This document shows, in pieces, positions 28,104-37,668 of a DNA stretch of 64,000 nucleotides. The notes beneath the pieces are model-generated. The model searched no databases. It saw only the letters and a list, made by a program, of their open reading frames with translations, and was not told where the DNA came from. Source of the stretch: Squalus acanthias (taxonomy: Eukaryota); contig CM059432.1 in the NCBI GenBank assembly GCA_030390025.1, forward strand, positions 47,432,001 to 47,496,000, in the 5' to 3' direction. Both the position numbers and the translations under genes were made by a program. Positions within the stretch are counted from its first letter, which is position 1. Each line of letters opens with the position of its first letter.

Positions 28104-29456
28104 TGTAGGTGGTTTGCCTTGGTGGTTCGAATCACCTCTCCTACTTAGTTCTAGACGACAGGAATTACGGTGACAGGATTGGAACACAGACAAGTTTTTC
28201 GGACTCAACCGTACGGTGTTTAATAAGGTTAACACACACACCCACCTCCAGTACGTAAATTACCTGGTGGCGTAAAACAAACAGAACAACAATACAACTT
28301 GGCCCGTCGAACAGGCCCCTGTCTCATATTAAGACGCCTAAAATCACACTGTGTTGCTATACAGAGTATAACATGGACTTGTCCCACAAACCCTGGAACA
28401 TACACTATATAATACACACAGAACCTCCCCACTAAGCCCCTCTGGATTGGTTGGGACACACAACACCCCCTCACACAGTACCGGTGGTCTTAAGGATGCG
28501 TGGGCTTGGACAATGCTCACCCCAATTGTCCGTTTTCTTGCTTGCTGCTTCCCTGTGTAAAGCGTGTCTCCTGGTTCAGTATCGCCGATGCAGTATCCAA
28601 GTCCCAGTTTCATTCCTACAGTCGAAGAGCAAGGCGAGGCTCTTGTCGCTCGTGGTGGTTTCTTCTCTCCGTCTCGGATGGAGTGCTCGGTTCTTGGTTC
28701 AGAGATGAGGGCACGCGAAGGCGAGAGCAAGCGAGAGAGAGCGAGAATGGCCAAAGCTGCCTTCTCTTATACCCTAAAAGTTTCATTGATGTCTTTTTAA
28801 TCACCCTTCTTTGTCTGGTTTCCCGCCTTTCGGGGCTATCCCATCTAGGTGCTAGTGTTAATGGCAGATGATAGGCCGCACTTCTTACCCGATCCCGGGT
28901 TAAGTGGTTTCCCATTAGTTTCCAATGGCCCTCCTTTGTCCGGTTCCTGCCTTTCGGGGCTATCCCATCTAGGTGCTAGTGTTAATGGCAGATGATAGGC
29001 CGCACTTCTTACCCGATCCCGGGTTAAGTGGTTTCCCATTAGTTTCCAATGGCCCTCCTTTGTCCGGTTCCTGCCTTTCGGGGCTATCTCATCTAGGTAA
29101 TGGTGTTCATGGCAGATGATAGGCCGCACTTCTTACCCGATCCCGGGTTAAGTGGTTTCCCATTAGTTTCCAATGGCCCTCCTTTGTCCGGTTCCTGCCT
29201 TTCGGGGCTATCTCATCTAGGTAATGGTGTTAATGGCAGATGATGGGCCGCACTTCTTACCCATTGTTTCCCAGAGAACTCTGTCTGCTCAGACATTCTC
29301 CCGTAATCAGTTTGTAGGCCTGGCTGGAATCTCCCGTCCATGACGAACACCTGGGCCCCTCCCATCTTCTCCAAACAGGCTGCTGGTCAATCAGCAGTAA
29401 CAATCATACAAAATGTCCGATACAAAAAATCCTTGGAGCCTGCGCTGATACTTACA
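28104..29456 (-). repeat. 3' LTR (1353 bp), includes a 124-bp tandem array in U3
   Basis: Direct repeat of 37669-39236. Termini TGTAAG...CCTACA on the minus strand. Preceded by the PPT. Confidence 0.95.
28825..29262. repeat. U3 tandem repeat, 3 full 124-bp units plus a ~66-bp partial unit
   Basis: gcctttcggggctat starts at 28825, 28949, 29073 and 29197. Confidence 0.95.
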
Positions 29457-29458
29457 GA

Positions 29459-29467
29459 CCCCCCTTT
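29459..29467 (-). promoter_or_regulatory. Polypurine tract AAAGGGGGG
   Basis: Lies 2 nt before the TG of the 3' LTR. Confidence 0.85.
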
Positions 29468-29643
29468 GATATTTCAATGTCCCCACTGGAATATCAAGCA
29501 ACCTTGTCTTCTTCCACTGTGTAGAAGCATCGTGAGCCCCAACCAAGCCGTTCATTACCTTTAAGATCCCCAGGTTCTGTTCTTTAATCACAAATAGATA
29601 CTTATAATACATTTTTACAGAGAACAAAACTTCTGGTTACGCT

Positions 29644-31959
29644 TTAATCAGGGCCTGCCAACGACTGGAGTACCTTGCTTCGCTTTTTACAGGAGAGCCG
29701 TAACAAGTACAATACCACCAAACTCTGTATAATTACAAGAGCGTGTGAACATATCCGGATCCATGGAGGGATCTCGACATTTAACCCAATATCCCACCAG
29801 GGCGGGGAAATCATCCCTTTAATTTCCTCCCCTGTGTCCTGGTTTCGCTGTTCGAGCATGTAAAAATGTTTTTGTGGCAGCTCAACGGCTTTTATTAATT
29901 TTGTGAGGTGTTCGGGCAGAGGCTGTATCTCGTACCCGAACTGTGTAATGTACTGCTGCAGATTCTGTACCGTGTTGTTTACCACGAGGTGTACTGTGGA
30001 TTGCTCTGAAATGGGAAGGATGCGCTCTTGCGCCACCTGAACTGTGTGGGGTTTGAAGCAGGAAGTCGAATCGGTGACCGGGCACCAAGTGTCGTTGTGT
30101 ACCCGATACTGGTCCATGCTTGTCGTGACGCAGTACGTCCCATCGCCCGCGTATGCTACCTGAGGTGGAACGTGGCTCTGGGCCATCACCTCCATGGTGC
30201 AATTAATGGGCTCTGCACTTTCCGATTCAAACCCACACACTGGTCGATCGAACGCGTTCAGGTGCTGGGGACACAATATCACGTGTGCGCCCTGCTTTGG
30301 CACCCCTTGAGGTCAGTGCCGGTCATGGCATGCTCCCACTTTATAACAAATGGTGGGGCCCCATGATACCGCACATGCATCCCGTCCCTCAAGATGCCAA
30401 TGTTATCGACCCGGTATACCGGCACTGGCTGCGGTGACCCGCCCATTACCGGCATCCGCAGTACAATCCCCATAACGGTGTGGTTGGACCGTCCGCAATC
30501 AACTGGGACTGGGTAGGCGTCGGAAGCTAATCGGAGTTGACACGGGCTCATCGAATTATGATACGGGCTGAGCGCTGTGAGGTGCTGGTTGCTAACCCAC
30601 GACGGGACGCGACCTTGTTGTAAGTCCTCCAGATTACTGCGTCCCTCGTTTAGCAACCACGCAACGTACAACACGCACGCATCACTTCTGGCTGCCTGTG
30701 CCGAGGCATTCCTGTCCTCCCGTATCAAATCGTTGATGGTCTTGGCCTGTGTCTCCAGCTCAGCGATGACCTCTTTTAAATGAATGGTCATCGCCTGGTC
30801 TTCTTTTAGCTCCGAACCTTCCACCTCGTTCCCTTCCCCAGTATCTTTCGCAGCTGGTCCTTTAAACTATTAATCTGCACCTGCAGCTGGATATCATCCA
30901 TACTATTGACGAGGGACGTGCCCGTGCTAAAAGCCGTGGCCATGTCATTAACCGTCCCTCGCCTCTGTCTACCCGGATTACCTCTATCGTACGCATCCAT
31001 GCCCTACAGTTTCTCCCGACTCACATCCCCGTAGCTGAGCTCGAAAAATTGGCGGAACATTTCTTTAATAAGGGATTCATAAAACTGCTCCGTCTCCTTC
31101 GGACACCACTCGGGCAGCTGCACCCGGGTTAAATTTAAATGACCGACGCGGCCGCGTAATGTACATCCTGGAATAAAACCTTCCCGGTCGGGACTAGAAC
31201 TAACCCATTCCCTGGGCCTGGTGTGGTGGTGGGACACCTAACTTCTGTCTCCTGTACCGGTGGGGCTGTGGGCAGGGGCTTCCTATCGTGCACTACCAGT
31301 TCCGTGGAATTTATTGTGTTGGGAGGGTCTGGAACTACGCAAGCCTCCAAACTCCGATCCCATCCCATACCGGCCCCGGAATCCTGCCATTGCCATATGA
31401 AAGCAATCGACACACCCGCTGGGCAGATCCGTTCTGACCCCCATACACACACACATAAATCCCCTGTTCCTCCTTCCACCACTTGTTCCAGCACACTTCC
31501 ACTCCCCCCTTCATCCCCGTGATCTGTCGGTACGTGTCGTTCCCCAGTCTTTCCCAGTCCGCTGACCTGTTCCCCTTGTCCTGACTCAACTTCCTAAGCC
31601 ACCACCACCGTCCCAGGGGAATGTGTCCCTTGCATCTTAAGCACACGCGCTTGCCCTCGGTCACCCTAACCCGTGTGGCTGTGATCTTCAGTTGGGGACA
31701 TGGTAGGGAAGCCTCACCGTACGTGAACCCGGCGTGGCTGGTGTATTTCGTCGAATTGGACCCCAGCCACCCTGGCCATCTTCCCTCGTGGAAGTAGGCT
31801 GCCATCCCGTCTGTGTGTCCCCCCCCCCGCCCCCCTAGTTACAGTGGGTGCCCCCACCCCAGTACAGCCGTAGAGGAGGGATGACTCGGTATCCCCTCTC
31901 CTGCTGTGCCCCGTTCCGGCCAACATCAAGATCACACTCAGTCTCAGGGCTGTCTCCAT
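29644..31959 (-). pseudogene. env: Env-like class I fusion glycoprotein (F-type), disrupted by about 5 frameshifts and one stop
   Basis: Signal peptide METALRLSVILMLAG, RQRR furin site at 30959-30970, heptad region, Cys-rich ectodomain, TM (WIRICSHALVIIQSLVVLYLL) and short basic tail, stitched across ORF fragments. Confidence 0.85.
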
Positions 31960-31974
31960 TCCGTCCTCGGCTTC

Positions 31975-31995
31975 CTATGAAACAAAAAGCAACAA
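31975..31995 (-). promoter_or_regulatory. Env splice acceptor (TTGCTTTTTGTTTCATAG|G), 15 nt upstream of the env ATG
   Basis: Polypyrimidine tract plus AG between the pol stop and the env start. Confidence 0.75.
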
Positions 31996-32102
31996 TCCCT
32001 TTCTGTGAGAGGGTTTACCTCCACAGGTCTGGCTTCGTTATATACAAGAACTATGTACATTAAGACCATGTATATCACTACCCGTGTTGCCGGGTGCCTC
32101 CG

Positions 32103-35100
32103 CTAAGGCTCTTCTCGCCGGGGCCTTTTGCGGCTCACGGTCGGCGTGTAAGGAGGCGTCCACTGCGTCCTCGGCCGTGGGACCCTACTGCTCCTCCTTA
32201 CTGTCCCGACCACCGGGTCATCGTCGTCCCAAATCATGGGAGGAAGACCCGCGTCCACCATGCTCATTATTGGGCCTTGGTGTCGTTTTACTTTTGTTGT
32301 TCTCTCCCCTGGGTTAAACCGCTTGCACTGGTTAATATGGAGATACTTTGTGCGTTTTGGGAGTTTAACCATGTACACCATGGGGCTTGCCTTGTCCACT
32401 ATGCTATACGGCCCCATGTATAGTGGCTCAAATGCCCCTACCCAGGCATAGTTCCGTACCATTACCTGGTCTCCCACCTTCCACTCGTGGGTTTTCTGGG
32501 GCTCGAGCAGCAACTGATTTTTCCGGTGCTGGTTCCCCATGTTACTGGCTGCCTGCCAGTGAATCTGTTTTAATTTATCATACAGATTCTGTACAAACTT
32601 GTCCCGGTTCACTTCCCGGACTTGGGCTTCCATTAGGACCGGTGCCAAAACGTGAGTGGGAGTGCGCATGACCCTCCCGGTCATGAGCTCATGCGGGGAA
32701 TACCCTGTGCTTCTGGAGAGGCTGGCCCGGACAGCCATTAAAGCTAACGGCAGGACCTCATCCCACTTTTTCGGGGACGACCCTGTCTCTTTCCTTAGCC
32801 TTTCTTTAATCGTCCGGTTAAAGCGCTCCACAACCCCCAATGACTGTGGGTTATGAGCCACATGGCACTTCCCCTCAATCCCTAAAAACTTCAAGGTGGC
32901 CTGCATTACTTGCCCCGTGAAATGACTCTCTTGGTCGGACTCCACAACCTGTGGCAGTCCCCACCGGGAGAACATTTCCTTTACCAGAATCCTTGCCGTC
33001 GCCAAAGCCGTGGCTGCTCGGCAAGGGAAGGCTTCCACCCACTTGGAGAACACGTTCACCAGGACTAGGCAGTATTTGTTACCTGCCTGTGTGGTGGGTA
33101 GTGGTCCGATGTAATCGACCTGGAGGGACTGCCATGGTCCCTCTACCCTCCTTGTGTGTCCTATGGGGACTTTCCTACGCTGAGGATCGGGGTTGTTTGC
33201 TGCGCACACCAGGCAGTCCGTGCAAAAGTCGTGGACATCCTCCCTGACTTGCGGCCACCACTCTGCCTGTTCTACCCTCTGCCAGGTAGTTTCCGGCCCT
33301 GGGTGTCCCGCTCCTGGGCCCCCGTGGGCCAACTGGAGGAATTCCCTCTGGTACCGTTTGGGAACTATCCACCGATCCCCTTTAAATAGCATCCCCTCTT
33401 TAACGGTAATGTCCGCTGCTCCGAACGGACCCTCTACCTGTTCACCCTTTTCCTTCTTCCCCAGGATAGCCTTAAGGACGGGATCCTGGGCTTGGACTTG
33501 CTTTAAGTCCGGGGCCAAAGTTACCCCCGGTGTTCCTCCCTTGTCCCGGATTTCTGCTACCGGGCCTACTTCATAGGGATCCCAGAACTCTCCTTCCCTG
33601 GCCCCCTGCTTGGCCAACTCGTCGGCCCTTTGGTTACCTTCCCCTCTGGGCTCTGTCTTAGAGTGGGCCTTGACCTTATGTATATAGTGATCTCCCCGGG
33701 TGCCCGTGACCTCCAAAATCCTCCCTAGCAGCAGTGCTGTTGCTAGAGGCTTCCCATCCGCGGATTTAGAACCGCACCGAGCCCAGATGGCCAGGTACTC
33801 GGTGCACGAATTACTTGTAAACATGGAATCCGAGTAGATGTTGTAGGGGGTGGGGAACTCATTGGGGTTGGTCACCACATACACCACCACCGCCAGTTCG
33901 GCGTGCTGAGCGCTCAGGGTGCTGGGGAGTTTAAGGGCTTTAGCTATCTTAGCCATGGGGTCATAAATCCCGCACCCGGTGAAGCGCTCCCCCTTTGCTA
34001 CCGAACTGGACCCGTCCACGTAAATGTCCCGGCCCATCAGGTGTAACCCGGCCCGGAACCCGACATCCACGTCCCATACCCCTTCTACCGTACCCGTGTG
34101 GGCCGTACCTGGGTAAATCAAATTCGCTGCCAACTTGGGCTCGGTCAATCCCTGCACTCTCAGATTCATCTGCGAGAGCAATAAAGTCCAGCGAGCAATG
34201 CGAGCACTGCTCACTGTCCCGTCCTTTATTCTCCCGTCCAACAACATCTGAGTGGGGGTATGGTGGGTGAGTAGAACTATCAGGGATGATTCCGTAAAGA
34301 GCTGTGAGAGCTTTACGGCCCACTGCGTGGCCAGGAGATACATCTCACAGTTGTAATATCCCCGTTCTACCTCGGTGAGAACCCTTGAGGAGTAGACCGC
34401 GCCAAGCTATCCCCGCTGGCTGCTACCTCTAAAAAGAATTCCTCCCCACCGTTGATGGCCCCCAGTGCGGGAGCTGTCTGCAAATCCTCCTTGAGGCGTG
34501 TGAACGCTTCCTGGCAGTTCTGGTCCCACTCCCACCCGACTCCCTTGCAGAGGAGCCGAAGCAGAGGGGCTGCCGTGGCTGCGTAACCCTCAATAAAATC
34601 CCTGCAGTACCCTGTGAGTCCCAGGAAGGATCTTACCCCTGTTACGTCCTTGGGGACTGGTAACTCCTGTACTGCCTTTCTTTTCGCCTCATCTATGGCC
34701 CTTTCCCCTGCCCTTACCGTCAGCCCGAGGAATTTGACTTCCTCGCGGCCGATCTGGGCTTTCTTCGGGTTTACTTTAAACCCGGCCTCCCTCAGCAGCT
34801 CGAGCAGCTCGGCCAGCAGTGGCCCATACTCCTCCCCCTCGGCGGAGAACAAAAGCAAGTTGTCCACATACTGTACTAGCTGCTGAGGTCGGCTAAAACC
34901 CTTTAAGGCGTCCTCCATACACTGGTGGAATATGGAAGGGCTGTTATGAAAACCCTGGGGAAGGCATGTCCAGGTGTACTGTTGCCCTTTAAAAGTAAAG
35001 GCAAACTTGTATTGGTCTTCCCTTTTTAGAGGAATCGACCAAAACCCATTGGAGATATCCAGCACCGTAAAAGTGGTTGCGGTCGCTGGAATGCTCCCTA

Positions 35101-35949
35101 TCAGATTGGCAACAGCCGCGACTGTGGGCGCGCAGGCTGGGATGTTTTTATTGAGCACCCGATAGTCAACGGTGGCTCTCCACGACTGGTCGGGTTTCCT
35201 AACCGGCCAGAGTGGTGAGTTCACATGGGTGGCTATCGGCCTCAACACCTCCTGTTCTACCAGGGATCCCAGTGCCGTTTCCAAGTCGGCTTCTGCCTCT
35301 CTGGGGAAATTATACTGCTTTTGTGGCCGTGACATGGGGTCCCCATGTACTCGGACTTCTACCCCTGTCACCCGGCCACAGTCGTGTTTGTGCGTGGCGA
35401 ACAATGCGAGATTGTCTCTCACGTTCGCCTGATACTTGGCTGGGGTATTACTGACCAATTGCTCCAGGTCGTAACTCCCCTTAGGCTTCATCATGCACAC
35501 GCTACCCCTTCCTTCCCCATCCTTAGGGATTACTAGAACTTCTCCCTCCTTATCGGAACTCACCGCTCCCCAAAGGCAGTGATTCCTCAAATCCACTATT
35601 ATATGATGGGCTAACATAAAGTCGGCCCCTAGGACTCCTGACCCTGGCTGTTCCCACTTTATTAGGACGCATTTCCACTTGGTGTGGAGGGATCCTAAAT
35701 CTATGGCCAAAGGTTTGCACATTGCCCCCGCCTGCTCGTTCCCTGTGAACCCCACGAGACTGAATGGGATCCTGCTAGACCAGGGTGAGTTGGTCGGGTC
35801 CCTTGAATGGATCACCGTGCTCGAGGCCCCGGTGTCCACCAAGTCACCAAGTACTTCCCGTGTACCGTCTCCACCCCCATCTTCACACAAGGTCTGCCCC
35901 ACTCATCGTACGTGAGCGGACACAGGTACTCAGGCTGGGCGCGCTCTAG
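32103..35949 (-). pseudogene. pol: Pol (protease, RT, tether, RNase H, integrase), disrupted
   Basis: LVDTGA protease; LPQGFHNSP and YVDN (YVDD with D>N) RT; IYVDGSS/AQHAEL/IYSDS/KVKAH/GNQRAD RNase H; HHCC, D-D-E and GPY integrase. Frameshifts at 35837-35852 (8-bp duplication) and near 34400 (deletion). Confidence 0.92.
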
Positions 35950-37623
35950 TCAGGGCATTGGGCATATGGGAGCGGTCGGGATCACACTGCTCGCGGCAGC
36001 GTCTACCCTCCCTTTCTCCTGCACAAAAACCGTCCGAAGGGCAGCCACCAGAACGTCAAACGGTTCCCTGGTCACCCCCTTCGCCTCGACAGTCTGTGCC
36101 TTTTGCACCAGAGGATCCCCTCGGCCTTGCCCCTTTTTCTGGGTCGGGCACTCTCGCCTCCAGTGTCCCGTCTTCCCACACCCGAAACATGTCCTTGCCT
36201 TTTCTGCACTAACCCCTTCCTGACGCCATTCCTCCCTGCTACCCTCACTGGCCTTTCTCTCATGTACCTTGCCTTTATTGGGTTTGACCTCCTCCTCTGA
36301 ACCGGTTTTAAAGACCAGGTTCATCTTACGGAGCACGTCGGCCTCCGTATTTGCGAGGTCCTCAGAGCCAAACCAGGCTTCTGCTTTTGCCCTTATTCGT
36401 GGCAAACTGTTTGCCACGAGGGTCCTGAGCCAGTGATTCCTGGGGCCCCCTTGCAGCTGTAACCTGTCCAGTATCCCACCCGTGGCCTTTCCGTATACCG
36501 GCCATAGCCTGTCTGCTGCCTGTGGTGCTTCGCCAGCCAGCTGCAGCGTTCTCTCCACTCGGGAGAACGGACTACCCTGGGTATGTCCCATGGCTCTCAG
36601 GATTTCCTCCTTTAAACCTGCCGTGGTTCCCTGCCCCAGCTCGGTGGCTGCGGACAGGGCCTGGTACAATTTTCCATCCAGGGAAAATAGTAACAACCTG
36701 TGAGTTTCGCCCTCACTACACCTATTGATCCCTCCAATATGCTCCACTTCCATGAAGTGAACGGAGGGGTCCCCTTCTTTTCTTAATTTGGGCATGCTTG
36801 CTATCATAGCCTGCAGTTGTGGGGTGGTAAACGGGACCACGTAATCGCTCTGCAGCGGGCCCTGAGCACCGTCTTGTGCGGGCGGACCATACTTTTGCTG
36901 CCGCAGAGGACACATCAGTCCCGGTGGTGCTTCTGGCGTCGGTCGGGATTCCCTATCCCAGACCCAATCCTCAGACCCCTGTCTTTCCTCTTCCCAGTCC
37001 ACCTGAGCTTCCCCCGAGGTTGTTAAGCAAACCATCCCTCTGGCTTTGGACAGGGCTTGGGTCAGACTTTTTATCCTTTCCTCGCAGGGTCCGTGGTTTA
37101 AATCCTCGTACCCCCTGTTCCTGGCTACCCTGTAGGCTGCCTTTATGTCTCTAAGCTGCCCCTCTAGCCCGTCAACTTTACCCGTTGAGCGGGCGTTCTC
37201 TGCCCGTACAGCCTGCTCATTGAGCTTGGCCTCGGTGACCTGGCACTGCAGGTACTCCCCGGTGTTACGGGAGGTTTCCTCCTGTGCGCGTTTCTCCTGT
37301 CTTTCCTCGCGCAGCTCCTCCATTAATCTATTACCCACTATCCCCCTTGCGTCTGACTTTTCTTCTGATTCCCTGAGCTCGGCCTGCAGCTTTCCAACCA
37401 GCTCCCTGAGCAGTTGGACCTGTTTCTGCAGGCACAGGAGCCAAATCGCTTTTTCCTTAGACTTTTTATGCTCCTTGCTCCCTGTCCATCCCGCAGCCCT
37501 ATCCTGAGGACTGTCAGAACGCAACATCTCCAGCACCCACTGCTGAGACACATTAACTTTACCAAACACATAGGAGGAAATTCTGTCCCCCATTGCAGAT
37601 CTCTTGCCCTCTAAACTTTCCAT
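35950..37623 (-). CDS. gag: Gag polyprotein, intact ~557 aa (coiled-coil N-terminal region, capsid-like region, CCHC knuckle, PTAP)
   Basis: Uninterrupted ORF from first ATG at 37623. CFGCGKTGHWRREC = CX2CX4HX4C. C-terminal PTAP. Confidence 0.9.
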   Translation of the reverse strand: MESLEGKRSAMGDRISSYVFGKVNVSQQWVLEMLRSDSPQDRAAGWTGSKEHKKSKEKAIWLLCLQKQVQLLRELVGKLQAELRESEEKSDARGIVGNRLMEELREERQEKRAQEETSRNTGEYLQCQVTEAKLNEQAVRAENARSTGKVDGLEGQLRDIKAAYRVARNRGYEDLNHGPCEERIKSLTQALSKARGMVCLTTSGEAQVDWEEERQGSEDWVWDRESRPTPEAPPGLMCPLRQQKYGPPAQDGAQGPLQSDYVVPFTTPQLQAMIASMPKLRKEGDPSVHFMEVEHIGGINRCSEGETHRLLLFSLDGKLYQALSAATELGQGTTAGLKEEILRAMGHTQGSPFSRVERTLQLAGEAPQAADRLWPVYGKATGGILDRLQLQGGPRNHWLRTLVANSLPRIRAKAEAWFGSEDLANTEADVLRKMNLVFKTGSEEEVKPNKGKVHERKASEGSREEWRQEGVSAEKARTCFGCGKTGHWRRECPTQKKGQGRGDPLVQKAQTVEAKGVTREPFDVLVAALRTVFVQEKGRVDAAASSVIPTAPICPMP

Positions 37624-37646
37624 GATCCTGTTCACACAACCTATCG

Positions 37647-37664
37647 TCCTGCCGGCGGTCGCCA
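37647..37664 (-). promoter_or_regulatory. Primer binding site TGGCGACCGCCGGCAGGA (tRNA-Ser-like)
   Basis: TGG-initiated 18-mer 4 nt after the 5' LTR end. Shares TGGCG...CGGCAGGA with the complement of a tRNA-Ser 3' end (recalled, imperfect match). Confidence 0.7.
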
Positions 37665-37668
37665 ATTC

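Noticed and set aside
28229..29129. Short ORFs within the LTR as accessory genes (sag/nef/bel-like)
   Set aside because: Frames differ between the two LTRs because of indels, some arise from the 124-bp repeat, and no recognisable motif is present.
34367..35902. Independent pol start or ribosomal frameshift suggested by the ORF track
   Set aside because: The frame offset is fully explained by the 8-bp duplication. The corrected sequence is in frame with gag.
32084..37614. Plus-strand antisense ORFs over gag/pol (HBZ/ASP-like)
   Set aside because: All are short and typical of antisense shadows of GC-rich coding sequence, with no supporting signals.
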